DNA from: Phoronis australis | Lineage: Eukaryota; Animalia; Phoronida | NCBI GenBank assembly: GCA_002633005.1 | Contig: NMRA01000056.1 | Coordinates: 1,147,521 to 1,211,520 of the forward strand | Reading direction: 5' to 3' | DNA length: 64,000 nucleotides | Shown here: positions 12,153 through 25,600 of the stretch, piece after piece | Numbering within the stretch: the first letter of the stretch is position 1 | Layout of the letters: each line of letters starts with the position of its first letter | Made by a program: the position numbers and the translations under genes | The notes under the pieces: model-generated | The model's database searches: none | What the model was told of the DNA's origin: nothing | The model's input: only the letters and a program-made list of their open reading frames with translations

Positions 12153-12242
12153 CTGCCAAAATTCCCCGGCAAGTAGTCCAAGAACGTGTCATTCAAATAG
12201 AGCTGGGTCAGATTCAACAGCAGCGTGAAACCATCTGGTAAC
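12153..12242 (-). CDS. ERBIN: LAP gene coding exon 4 ([30 protein letters not shown])
   Basis: tcacag| ... |gtttgt; 90 nt; typical LAP LRR. Confidence 0.93.
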
Positions 12243-14155
12243 CTGTGAAGAACATTCACACAAGACCTCTGTAGCCACTGTGTCACAATACAGGCTGGTT
12301 CAAAAAGAACTCCGCTTGGAATTGCTACGCCACAGAGTCAGGTCCAATGTTTGAAACACCCTGTTTTCCTGCTTTAAATAGGGTAAGGTAACACAAAAGA
12401 TGGAAACAAAAAATCTGATGTACGGTACAAATTTTCCAGTTCGGACACTCTCTAAAATTAGGGATAGAGAAGTTCAACCAGCAACTAAATTTTCTTGCTG
12501 ATATAAACAGGGAGACAGTCGATTTTGGCGTTCATCATATTTCTCAAATTTCGGACACTTTGTTTTGTTCTGAAAACAGACTTGGCAGTTCATAAAATCA
12601 TCGAGAACAGCCGCCAATGCAACCATTCATACATTCTAATAATGTGCAACGTCGAGATGAATGGTCATTAATATCAACAATATCAATATCATTTATTGTA
12701 CATTGTAAGCATTGCCCACACATACATGAATACATACATGTATTGTCACTGATTGTAATTCATTTGGGACGGCCAATATTGGCTATTTCTAAAATTTGGT
12801 ACAAACTCTGACCTCAAGCAAAAAAATTAATTTTTCACTGTCGCAAACTCGAGAGTGTTTACCACAATGCCATAATCGCTCAATGTTGAATAACTAGCAG
12901 ATAAAAGAAACCAACCCTTACAACAATGGCTATAATGAATCCAGATTCAGAGTTAAATTTCGAACAAAAATAAGTGACAAAATTACCGATACTTGCAAGA
13001 CTGTGGTGAATGCCCGAAATAATGAAAATATTGTCTGCTGGTTGATATGGTAAAGAACATGAACATGGTAGAACATTACAGTATAACCCAAAATATTCAG
13101 GCAAAATGGCCTGGAATTCCCTCGTCATGATGGCTGGGTAAAGCGGAGTTCATTGTAAGAGTAGTCTTCTCTTTTGACTGAGAATGAAGGGGAATTAACA
13201 GGCCGCTCTTTAATTAGAATTTTGCCGCAATAATAGCTATTACCAGTCATTTTTTGATGTTAACACCATTAGACGTTGTGAGGGGAAATCTGTATTTTGT
13301 CGGTCGATAACTTTTGTCTCACACTGTAATTTGGTGCCAGTAATCTTTTATGAGATATTGAAAAAAATAAGATTTCATTTCTCCGGCATAATGTGAGCTA
13401 AATATGTGAGATTTTTACAATGCAGCATTTTAAGACGAAGATGTCATAACTGACTTAAGTTCCTGGGAAATCAAACAGAGCCTGATGAGATTAATACTTG
13501 TTAATTATAAGTGAATGTCTTTCTTTCCATGTTACCATAAATCATCCGTAAGTTCAAAGGCAATATTAAAGCTGTCACTAAATGGCAATGATGATAAATT
13601 AACGGTTACCTCCAGAGTTGAATTCAGTTTCACAACAGTTTAATGTCACAATTATACCAGGCATCAGCCATGAAATCGTCCATAATCAAAAAAGCCATTT
13701 AACTACAATTAAAATTGTTGCATTCTTTCACAAATAATTTATTCCACAAACATGATAAGGTCATCGGTATTTCATTGGCGATATTTCGAACTTTTCTAGA
13801 GACCCTGACTAAACTTCCAACATTTATTGCTAAGTCGTGTACACACTACGAGCTAAACAAGAGCAACTTGCCTCCAGTCAGCCAAGCACCCACGCTACAC
13901 ACCCTACACCTTGCGACAAATACAGCGCAAAAAGAATTAGACACTCCTAAGTGTGTAGCTGAGCAAGGGCCCAATTGACAATTACGTCTGCCTTGTCCGC
14001 AGGTTTGCGTCCACACTACGACGTGTGCTGGGGCAAGTTACCCTAGAACAAGTTACACTGCCTTGATAAGGTGGGGTAAGTTGTTGTACGTGTGTCAAGT
14101 TGCCCCAGCACAAATAGCGTCCCCAATACAACAAAACCTAGTGGTGATAACGCAT

Positions 14156-14567
14156 TCCTGGGCCCAGTCTCCCTATCTTTTTACTCGAAATGGAACTCGA
14201 AATTAGGTTTGGCATTTTGTACTCTACTTTTGGGCGAACTCAAGACAAGTGTCTATTATTCTATGCTCGAGTACACAATAACTTACGTGGATAATTTATT
14301 GCCCTTAGTTCACAGTTTGTAAACCCAATATTAAAGCAATAAGTTCGAGTTTGAACTCGAAATTTCGAGTTTTTACTCGAGTTTGTAGTACAAATATAAG
14401 GGTCTTCAAGGGCAAACTTGAACTAGAAACTCCTATGCATAAACTATAATGTACTTGAGCACAGTCTGATAACCAATTATCTTAAGTTCGCACAAAAGGA
14501 GCAGAGAAATTGCCAAAAATAGTTCCGAGTTCGTTTCGAGTTCAAAGATTAGAGACCGGGCCCAGGA
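14156..14567. mobile_element. Foldback/MITE with long imperfect terminal inverted repeats
   Basis: tcctgggcccagtctc...actcgaaatggaactcgaaatt... mirrors the reverse complement of the right end over more than 90 bp. Confidence 0.85.
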
Positions 14568-14780
14568 GTACCTTGTTCTAGGGCCAACTTTTATTGTAGC
14601 ACTTTATACGATGCATGGACACGTGATTTTGGAGATGTTTTGAAAATGGATCAAAGACGATGATTCGTTTCAATGTATAGCATACAAAAATTCTGTTTAA
14701 TTTGAATTTTAATCATCCAGAATTAACACTAAATTATCCATAATCAAACAGCCACATAAAGGTAAAAACAGCAGGCTTAC

Positions 14781-14859
14781 TTTCCCAAAGGATTAACACT
14801 GGCTTCGATACTTCGAATGTATTTACAACACTTGATGTCTTCCGGCAAATCAAGGATGC
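14781..14859 (-). CDS. ERBIN: LAP gene coding exon 3 (ILDLPEDIKCCKYIRSIEASVNPLGK)
   Basis: ttgcag| ... |gtaagc; 79 nt; phases 1/2 fit neighbours. Confidence 0.93.
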
Positions 14860-16076
14860 CTGCAAAACAAGAACAATGGTGTTTAAACACTGAAAGCCTG
14901 TCACATCCACAAGAGCTTATCTCCTGGATTTTAAAACATACCTCTCACACGCTATATGCATAAGAGGGAGAACTCCAACAGTCATTCCCCTAGTGGGCAT
15001 GACGTGTAGGTGAAAGTGACACGATGTTCCCAATCTTGCACACCTAGAAGTCTTGCCCAGTGGAGAAAATGACCACTGAAGCACCTTTCTTGTGAGGTAC
15101 GCGTATGATAGGCACGTTATCAAGGAGATGAACGGGTGTGTCCAGAATTGAACATAAATTTCGTCTTCTCCATAGTAACTGGCAATATCTTGATGAGTGC
15201 TTTCTCTAAACTCTAGTCAAGACTGAGTCAATCATTTAACTTTTTCATTTATACTTGAAAATTTTGAAATCATTGAGAGTTGTGCAAAAAGTTTTGCATA
15301 GTAGATCTCGGAGAATGCAATAACAAGGTTAGAATCGACTGTTTAAAAAAACAAATTAAGCAAACAACACAGTGAAATATACGTTATACCGGATTCACCA
15401 CGCGAGATTTTTTCTGACCAGCAAGAAATAATATAGTTTTGTAATTTTTGGATTTTGCAACTGCAGCTTTACAAGTGCTAAACTGCAACAACAGGGGGTC
15501 GCATCAACATTTCTTATAACTAAACACCAAATAAATTAACATCTTTGAGTGGTACAAATTTTAAACAGTCACTTGATTATTCAGGAGTTCATGTGAGCAC
15601 AGCCACTCCTGTGATGTTGTGTTGTAACATTAAAGATAACCTTTCTGCTTCACTTTAGTTAAAAACTTTGTAAAATGGATTTTAATGCAAGTTATTGCAG
15701 TTGAAACCTAAGCCCATATAATGCTTGTTAAATACAATATTTTGAAACTTAACTGAATTTATTAACATTTTTCGTTTAAGTTTAAATTTTGGAAGTGCAC
15801 CATCACCTAATATGGCCGCCGTAGCGAGAGACAACAGACTGGTGCATTATGGGTACTCGCTCAACTACCACCACTATGTAATGAGGTTTCCGCAGAAACC
15901 ACGCCCACTTTTTAACGAATTTTAAAAAATAACAATAGTAAAACAAGTCAAACACAAAGAGAGAGAAGAAAGTTACGAAATGTTTCTATTTCAGCGATAT
16001 ATTTCGACTGACAAAATTCATCCAGTGTTCCATATTGGTGAATGTAGTAGAAAGTGAATCCTTAACACACGATTAC

Positions 16077-16194
16077 CATTTTTACTGATATCCACTTGTT
16101 CAAGATTGACGAGACTAGCGATAGCGGGAGGAATGCTAGTTATCTCATTGTCGCTGATGAACAATTTTTTCAGGCCGTGGCAATAGAACAGCTC
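16077..16194 (-). CDS. ERBIN: LAP gene coding exon 2 (ELFYCHGLKK...DISKNG)
   Basis: ttacag| ... |gtaatc; 118 nt; LRR. Confidence 0.93.
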
Positions 16195-16588
16195 CTGTAA
16201 CAAAAGGCAACGTTTCTGAAGGTTAATTTATACGAGGTTGCGGAGTTCATGAGTCTATACGATTTTTGACAATATCGTGCAACTTCTTTCCGGATTTAGC
16301 AGACGATCTCAGGGGTCAGCATATCACCTCACAAGCATAAACTAAAGTAAAACAAAAATCACTGAAAAAAAACATTGTGCTTTCTTTGACACACAGTATA
16401 TTCAATAATTACAGTAACTCGTTAACTATCTAGCACACACAATTACAAAATAATTGTCATTTGTCGTTTTTGAAAAGACTGTCTTGCTACAAATAACTGA
16501 AATTAGGGCACCTCACCATACAAAACATTACGTGTGTTCTATCCACAATTAGAAGAACCTCTCATCTGAGCAAGCAACAAGTTGAAAC

Positions 16589-16841
16589 CAGGGGTCTGTT
16601 CCAAGAAACTGACTTGGTTCATATTTGACTTAAATTTAAGATTTGTCACAAATTCCAAACTTTGAAACTTCCACATTCGGTAAGTTCGTCAAAATTAAGA
16701 CAAAACTTAAGCCAAAAACTTAAGTCAAACTCAAGATCTCTTTCTTGAAACGGACTTCAGACAAATTTAAGTTTTATCTTAAAATAGACTGAAATTTAAG
16801 ATTTGTCTTAACCAAGTCAATTTTCTTGAAACAGGCCCCAG
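16589..16841. mobile_element. MITE with ~31-bp imperfect TIRs
   Basis: caggggtctgttccaagaaactgacttggtt vs reverse complement of aaccaagtcaattttcttgaaacaggccccag; internal cttaa subrepeats. Confidence 0.8.
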
Positions 16842-17390
16842 TTTCACAGTGGAAAGTGGCTAAATCAAACGGTTGTTTCTTTGACGGGTGTGCGTGTTTC
16901 TTTGACGGCATGTGCAGCAGCTTTGGTGTTTACCTAAACTTCCCCAGTCACATTTCTGTAATTTTTATAAATACATGAACATTTCAAGAATGCAAATGGC
17001 TTCAAACCAAGGGTGTCCACAGCATCCAAATGGACACCAAATATAAACAACCAAGCTAGGATGCCCTGTTCAGCATTTGGAACCCCAAGTGGAGTAAACA
17101 AATAAGTATGGAGGCAGCTTTAAATTTCACAGCAGCAGCTCTGGGGCCTGACAAGAATGCTGGTTTAGAAATGATGTAAGATACAAAAAAAAAACATTGT
17201 AAAGCTATGTCTCCACAGTAACATACCACCCCTATAACAACAATTTGACTTGGTGTCGTAAAAACGCTATCAAGCGTTATTGGACAAGGACACCTGAGAA
17301 ATTGGGAAACCCATTTTGGACGGCCTATCTTTGAAATCGTGGATGAACCCCGCTACAAATACAACTCCACTGCCCAACATGACTACTCAC

Positions 17391-17555
17391 CCGCGGCAAT
17401 ATCTTGATCTGGTTGGCATCGACGTAAAGTTCCTCCAGGGTGCGCTCCCAGTTGAACACGTCACTAGGCACGTCCTTCAGACTACAGTGACGGTAGTCCA
17501 GCACACGAACGTCTTCCACTTCCTTCTGGACACACGTGCAGATCAACCGTGGCAT
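17391..17555 (-). CDS. ERBIN: LAP gene coding exon 1 (MPRLICTC...IKILPR)
   Basis: ATG at 17555; acceptor tttcag 12 nt upstream (exon starts 17567); donor CGG|gtgagt; 165 nt, phase 0. Confidence 0.92.
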
Positions 17556-18793
17556 GATGGACGCCGGCTGAAACCAGACGAGAGCACGCACTCGTTAAAT
17601 GTCAGTCGGAAGTAAACGATAAGTCAGGAGCAGACGACAATACGAAGACTTCCAGCCCTAATGACACTGGATTGTGTTGATACTGGATTATGCCCATACT
17701 ACATTATGATAATCAAGAAATACTAAAAATGAAAGCACTTGATGAGATCTGTCCACATTATAAATTTCCAAGAAAAGATTCGTCCAGGGAAGTTGGGAAT
17801 ACCGGCTCGAGAAAGTGGAGAATTGAAAAATGGCCACCGCAGCACCATTTTGCGTCTGAATTCAACCAAAACCACTAGACCTCGAAATATTAGCGAGGCA
17901 CACATTGTGCTTAAATTTCATGAAGATCCGCTAAGAAATGAAGCCTGTATCGTGCGAGCAAAACAACAAACAAGCCGGCAAGTTAAGTCACTTCACAACA
18001 GAGTAACATGCTTGGTGAATTTCATTCCACCAAGTAATGAGGACCAAGTCAAAACAGAAATCATAACAAATATGAGATTTACAAAAACACAAGCTGCTCA
18101 ATTACAGCAGCTGAACAATAACGGGTCAGCAAACCCAAAACAAGGAATTTCAGGGTTCACAAAAGAAGTGTTGGAAGAAGTTAAAATCAAGCGACGGGAG
18201 AATCAGAAATTAATCATAAACCTACAGTTTCGAGCAAAAACAAGCAATGACACCAGATTTGTAATAGTTCAGTACAGATAATCATGGATTATTTAACGAT
18301 GTCAAGCTGATACAACACTTGCCAAATATTACAGCTCATCAACTCAGGTGAACAAAAATTCAAAGCCCGCTTTTAAAAACGAATAATTCACAAACTTTAA
18401 GAACGCACAAAACATTAGTGACCTAAACACTCCTATTCTTGCAAATTTCATCAAATTTAATCATCTGACCTGGTGTCCAAATTTAAAAATTGCCTGACGT
18501 TCCCACAAAATCAAATGCCAGCTGTCGCTTGAAATTTACCATTGTCAAAGACATCATAATCAAATCTACCCAAATTTACAGAAATCAGAAAAACTCACAG
18601 AAACAAAGTGCTAATCAGAGGTTCTCACAGATACGAAATGGCAGAAATACTGAAAATAGCTCTGGGAACTGGACTGGTGTTATATCAAAGCATATGTCAA
18701 ACAGAAACCAGCTGGATCAAATATGCCTGGATGTTGAAAAAATGCTTAATAAAGTGTGAGAAAAAGGTTATGATTAAACCCAAGCACACTTAC

Positions 18794-18872
18794 CGAACAT
18801 AGATGGCGGGTAGAAATGTTCAAGAAAGCTTCTCAATTAATTTTCTCAAAATAAACAATTAGAGGTTCGTTC
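18794..18872 (-). other. Candidate 5'UTR exon of the LAP gene
   Basis: Strong acceptor tttcattttttggcag and consensus donor TCG|gtaagt enclosing 79 nt, 1.2 kb upstream of the first coding exon. Confidence 0.5.
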
Positions 18873-19111
18873 CTGCCAAAAAATGAAATGATATGCTAGC
18901 TATGTATATAAGCCAACAATGTTCTGATTAAGCTAATTGAGACATAGAGGGCAAACCAGTGTTTTTGCAACAGATCCTCAGACCTGGCTGTTTTGATAAC
19001 AAGATCAAATTAGTTGGCCACTTCTGAATTGTTTTAATTTTTCCTATCTCTAATGCCCCTGCAAAAAAATAACGTGACCTTTCTTTGAACAATTACCTCT
19101 GGTTGCTCTTT

Positions 19112-19626
19112 AGGCCGTTTCATACTAACAACTCCAGTCTGAGCAAATCGTCGACGTAAACTGTGAAATTAATTAAAGCCTTCATACCAGCTTCGGTAGC
19201 TAACTGCATCGAAATAAATGATAGATGACGCTGTCGTCATCGAAGTAATCGCAAGATAAAACTGATGCATCCCCTGCATGCCAATATTTTTTTAATGTGA
19301 CAATTTGAGAACATTTACGTGTAGTAATTGACATAAAACTTATTTCTAATTAGATTGGTGATTATTCGAACAAAATAAAAGCAACTATAAGCCATGACAC
19401 TGCCCTTTAATTGTTGACGATAGCAGTGGCCCCTGGCGATAACTTCGATAAGACTGAAGTTGACCGTTTATACCACACCCCAGTGTCCACGCTCCACTGT
19501 CAAATCCACCTGTTTACTGTGAAGTTAACAGGCACTGTTAACTTCGATCTAGGATTGAAGTTAACCGTTCATACTGACTGCAACTCCCCAAAACATCAAC
19601 GCCTCGATGTTAGTATGAAAGGGCCT
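19112..19626. mobile_element. MITE, PIF/Harbinger-like termini
   Basis: TIR aggccgtttcatactaaca / tgttagtatgaaagggcct (18 of 19 match), T-rich 3-bp flanks; superfamily assignment is inference. Confidence 0.75.
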
Positions 19627-22600
19627 TTTACACAGTGACACAGAGAAATCCTAAAGCAATGCTTCTTCTTGAATAAAGTCAACTTTTGAATACACATTGC
19701 AGAATGCTCTTGAAAAATTGCCAACACCAATGGTGTTTATTCAACAAAAACAACTGATCTGATACGACTTAATCAAACTGTCTTCAGGTAATAAGTTACA
19801 AATAAATTGTTTTTTGAAACGTTAACACTGAATTATGATTCCCTGAGAATAACATCTGTACTAACAACTTGAAACAGACTTCATCAGAACAGTCAAAGGC
19901 GAATCAAATTGACTGACTCGTAGCAAAAACACAAGTTAATAAATAATGTTAAATTAACTCACCAATTATTCAGTTTTAAAATTTAAAAATTGTTAATTGT
20001 TTGTAAAATATTTTGAAAATCGAGGTATTTCTCTACCACCCGTCAATGTTTTTGAAAAAAACACTCCTGACATGTAAAGGGATACCCCTACAGGTAATCG
20101 CATTCTGTAATCCCCTAATATCATTCCTGGAGTGACCTATTTATGAATAAGCCCATATTTACACAGGCTGATAAGCACTCTGGCAAATTTACACAGAGGA
20201 ATAAACCTTTATGGGTCTGAGAAGGCCAATTTTATCGGCCCAATTGATAAACTTTGCACACCTTTCAGTGGAAGTCTTTTTAACAACTCGAGGTGTGAAC
20301 GATGACGCAAATGTTTAGTAGGCACTTCAGCGACAACATCAAACGAACAAAAATCGGTCAAACATCAGTCAATGGTAAAAATGTGCATAAACAAGAGTAC
20401 ATGCGTTTAAAGTGAAGCAACAAAAGTGTTCTGAAGACTGAAACCATCAGAAAAAGCATGTGCTGAGACAACCATACCAAATCTACATTTTGCTCATTGA
20501 TATGGAGCTCGTAGGATAGCCAAAGCCAAGCCACAGCAAAAAGCCTTCCTAGGAGTTTTGAATAAAGAGTTTAATGGCATATGATTACAATACAAATGAA
20601 GTTTTTTTGAGTTATCTTTTTAGATTTTGACCTCTTTTTTTAATTTAAAAGCCTAGTCTTACAAGGGACAGACATCTGTTTATGTACATGAAGCTTTGGA
20701 GCATTCCTGCACGTGTAAAAAGGCTTGAGTACATAATTTTCATGAAAACAAAAATATATTTACATTATAGGACCATGGATTTCAATAAGCACATGTGGGG
20801 TATGAAAAAACATAAATCTATTACAAGCTTCAGCGAAATTACTTTTTGAAAAAGAAAATAAATTATTTCGACTATAGGACCATGGACTTAAATGAGAACA
20901 TGCAGAGAACGTAAAAACGTGGAGCAGATGATTGAGCAAGATACTTTGAGTGTGAGCAAATTTACCAAAACAGTTTTTTAAAAACAAATTCTTTCCAACA
21001 AAAGACCACGAACATTCACAGAACGTAAAAAGTCTAAAGTAAGAACAAGATTGACTAAGAAACTTTTTGAAAGTGTATGGTAAACCCCCTCCCATTCGAA
21101 CAAATACAAAATTGCCATTCTTCATTCATTTTCAAATGCTTCTTACAACGTTGTGAACGCCCACAAATTCTCAAAATATAATCTCATAGTAGCTATGGTA
21201 TAAAACTAATATGTAGTAACGCTACTTATCCTTAATAGTAAAAATACAAAAATACTAAAATACAAAATAAAATTTCACTTGTCAGTCATGTGTCCTAAAT
21301 TTGTTAGATTTTACCATAAATACAACATTTCAAACACAGGACCACAGGATGTGAATGAGCGTGTGCAAGGTACATAATAAACCTGAATTTAAGAGCCACT
21401 TTATCAAGCAAATGAACTAATTTGAGTCAGTCAAGTGGTAAAAATGCAGCTGGGTGAATAAAGCTTGGTTTTCGCACCAGTGATCGGGCAAAATTTGAAA
21501 AATGTACACACAAGATAGAGCACAATGTTTGCTAGACTGCCGGGGAAAAACACAAACGAACGGGCAAACAAAGAGAATCTGAGACTTCACGAAACACATT
21601 TTATGACCAGGTGTGGATAAATGAAAGGAAAATTTGAAGAACGTTTTTATCTGGTTCCCAGCAGGGATCTGATGGAAAAATCAAGTCTACACCAATTGGT
21701 GACAACGAAGGAAGACATTTTTCACATTTCAGAAAACTTAAGGTGGCATTAAACTTCTGATTTATGTTAAAAATAAGAGTTTTTACTCAGGCTACTTATT
21801 GTTATAATGTTACTCTTGTCTTATTCCTTATTCAGTTTAGAAGTGATATCTGGGCACCCAAAGTACCCACAGTTCGTTACTTCACCAGACAAAGCTCATA
21901 TTTCAGTTCACAGCATTTTCAAAACTGGAAACCACCTACTTCGACTATAACACGATTTGAGACCAATTCCATAACAGTAAGTGGTCTAAATCAAAGCTTG
22001 TTTTTCAAAAGAAAGCCCAGGTTTGATAGTGCTTTAGAGCGAGACTTCATAAGCACATCCTGGGCTCACACCTAGTTTGGTCGTTACATTGGGACACTTT
22101 TGTATTACAATCGACCTTTCAAAGAACAGTAAAAATCTGTGCGTGCTCATCCCAGATCATGTGTGTAGACTTATGCGATGGCAGACCTCTCATCTAGAAT
22201 TCGGAAAGTATCACTCAAGTGATCTGTCTCCTTAGTACGCTGACCATTGATACTGGACATATACTACCAGTTTATTGTACCTATGATTTAAACTGACGGC
22301 TATGCTTAAAATAATTCTAAAATGAAGTCAGGGCCCTCGATGCCTTGATTTTGGGGCCCAATTAATTCCAGCAACACCATTCCCATATGCAAAACATTTA
22401 AAAATCACATAAAGTTCGCCTCATTAGGCCCAAAAGTTCCCCTCCAAGGGCTCCAATGATTAAATAATGCGTCCACATATAAATATGTGGGCACATAAAA
22501 ATTACCTTCAGTGTTAGAATCACTTGAGGCATTGCCGAAGGATGGTAACCATGTGTACGGGGAATAGATGGTGATGTGGGTGTTCCCCTCAACCACAAAA

Positions 22601-25600
22601 AAATTTCCTCTCAAAAGGCACAGACACCTTCCGATCTGATGACCAAAGAAGTGAAGTCTACAAATAATATCTATGTCTGCTGACGGCACTATTCGAGATG
22701 ACCGCCATCCACAATCCTTTGTGTATCAACAAGACATCTCTTACTATCTGTAAAAGGTCAATAGTAATAAGACTCGTTTTGTTTTCACTTTGGCAAGAAC
22801 CAATGCCACTTTCCCACTAACGCCGCAACCCCAGGTTTGAGGAATTTCTGCCTGTGACTTGACTTAAAAGTTAAATAGGTGGATTAAACTACACAGTTGT
22901 GAAACTCCCCTGCAGTGGGAAAGATTAAATCCACTTCAGGAGCGGTAATCGCCAGAGGTTGCAGCATGCAACACGTGTATTCCATCAGTGAATCAACTAC
23001 ACCATCATCGGCTGAGAACTTGCCAAAATCTCCAACATCGCTCGCCGGAGAGGAGTTCGTAATAGGGGTAAGAGTAGTTAGGATGAAGTTTCAACAAAGT
23101 GGTGCGAAAGAGACATAATTCAAATTCTGAAATATGCATGTGAGTTGCATAACTATGATCTAGTCTCTAACAATAGTGCCATGTCCATGGTGGCATCCAA
23201 ATGCAGTATTTTTGGTATGTTAAACCACCTCAAGCTCGTTTTATTTCTAAGTCACAGATCTCTGGAACTCTAAAACCAGGTGTGGTTTCGCATTAAATCC
23301 TGAATTATTTAATCATCACACTTCAAAGCTTGTCATCTCTCAATAATCTTTTAAATCTTGGCCACAAAATGAACTAATCAAACAGAGATCAAGCCACAAC
23401 CAAGGACCAGTTCATGAAAAAGAAACTCAGTTGAATAACATTCGAAATTGTATCTATTATCATTTCCATAAAACAACCCTGGGGAATAGAGCCAATAACG
23501 TTCTTCAAGCACCCCTGACAAGATCCTCACTGACAAGACGACAATGAAACCGTCCAGGCTGAGTGAGAACTTGAAGCAGAAATACTCAAGGATCCGCACA
23601 ATGACTCTTTTCGATGCGTCAATACAGCCACGACAACAGAGTGTGGACAAGCGAATTAGTTCAAACACATCTGTGAATATAATCGGCAATTTGCACAGTG
23701 TAACATGAGCACGCCAATATTCATCACCTTCAACTCGCTACACACAACATACACAAGTCTCAAGATTTGACAACCTGGAGCAGATATACTTATGGGCGGA
23801 TCGATATCTGATTTCCGCAATGTTTGAAGTCGATTCCTGCGCAGTGGTACACTTGGGAATGTTGAGACAACTATTTACATGGCTAATGGGCGATCAAACT
23901 CATTTAGAACTCCCATGAACATGGGATGAAAGGCCGTCACTCTAATAGAAAGTCACAGAAACAAGGCCAAGGAATGTCACAAAGGTTGTTTTGATGTATA
24001 CAAAGCCCATCAAGCAGAAAGAATGAGTTGTTGTCCAGACAGACCCAAGTGGAACTCCATAAAACTCCAGGGGACTATTTTATCACATCAAATCCACCAC
24101 GGTCCCGCCAGCCAGCGTTTTTGTACACATGCAAACAAAACAACTCTGCATGAACTCACAAGCAGTTATTTCAAATCTTTTTTAGTTTCTACCAGATAAC
24201 AAATAAATTTTATAAATTTCTCTTACACCTTCTAGCCATGGCCAAACTTTTGCTAAGACATCAGAAAGAGTGAATACAAGTTCTAGTGAACATCGAGGAA
24301 CTATTCGTTCCAAGATGGCATTCAATCTCACAATAGAAGGAACTTCATTACCTGAGGTCCAATAATATTGCTCAAAACTGGCCGCATACCTATACATATT
24401 TTAACTAGTTTGGTGATGAGAAATAATTACTCTGCATCATCCATGAAAAGAAACAAAGATTTGTTACATAAATCCTGTCAACTATCAATTAATTTTGTTG
24501 TTGACATTCCTCCATATCAAATTATCTACCAAAGCAAAATAATCCATTAAACTGTCAAACAAGGAACTACAGCTTTTATAAATGTGACCAGTTATCTTGT
24601 ACAAGATTGGAAATTGACCACAAATATCACAAGCCTATTCCAATCAACTAAGCGGGGCGCATAGGGTATAGCAAACTTTGGACTTGATAACAGAACCACC
24701 AACTCAAAAAAAATAACTTTTAATACCTTATGAATTTTTTCACAAATAAACAGCCACAAAGAACAAATGTCCAACAAGAATTGAAATGACCACAAGATTT
24801 AGCAGGCAGAGTGCACATTCAACGTTCTTCAGCTCTACTGACCCAATATTAGACATCACGCCAGTAGCGCATAAATTAAAAGCGTTTACAGGAAGCACCT
24901 GAATATTACCCTACAGTTATTTCACAGCTTCCAACAGTGTCATGCAACTAAAAGAGGTGAATACGTTTATCACCTGGTGATGTGATTGGTTGAGACAAAG
25001 GTTGAAGTCCCATGTGACGCTTACGCTATTCTATTGAAGGTTACATAGTCGGATTGAGGGGGGGGCAGGGGATTTGGCCTCCCTACGGACTCAATCAAAA
25101 ATGCCATCTTGGCAGTTTATGTGGACATTTTCCATTCAAAAATTGTGCTCGTCACTTTTTCTACCAACTCCCATGCAATAACCATGTCACGTGACCATAC
25201 AATAACCTCCTAGGTTATCACACCGACGTGGGACACAGTTATAATTGCATGACTGTAACAAGAGATACGTGATATAAAAATAAATACTCCTACTGGTACC
25301 AGTTATTCTTGCATAAAATGTCGATCAGATAAAGCTCATGGCTTTTTACAGGCATGGCTCATGGTTATTCAGATGAGTGCTCTAGACATGGCTTTGAGCA
25401 ATGTTTGAGAACATGTAAACAGAACACTGCTTCTACAGCCAACAGGTAGGTGGTAGCGCTCCAAGACTTCAATGCCACCTCACATTTTACGCAACAATTC
25501 AGGTGCTACTATTTCACACAATAACAGCTGTTTACCCAACCAAAACCATGCATGCCTATAAGACATTCACTGCTCATTTTATTATACCCACTCTTTATGA

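Larger units (their letters stand above)
42..17555 (-). other. ERBIN: Gene span: Erbin/Densin-180 (LRRC7/Lap1)-like LAP protein, 5' portion (13 coding exons, 556 codons); 3' end lies beyond window start
   Basis: Spliced translation starts [26 protein letters not shown], has consecutive LRRs, LAPSD (WLAENQSKPLIRLQTE...LTCYLLPQ), then SFHPSMWDEERLQR and PTPYP motifs typical of Erbin/LRRC7 rather than Scribble. Symbol is the nearest family member; probably pro-orthologous to ERBIN and LRRC7. Confidence 0.9.

Noticed and set aside
42-17555. Assignment as Scribble
   Set aside because: N-terminus and post-LAPSD motifs (SFHPSMWDEER, PTPYP) fit the Erbin/Densin branch better; the PDZ count is outside the window
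17739-18281. 180-aa plus-strand ORF, the longest in the track
   Set aside because: Antisense within the LAP 5' intron, overlaps repeat-like motifs (aaatttcatgaagatcc) also seen near 60-61 kb, no recognisable domain
22880-23110. Protein-like minus-strand read (SSPASDVGDFGKFSADDG...)
   Set aside because: No convincing splice sites or start, and no recognisable homology
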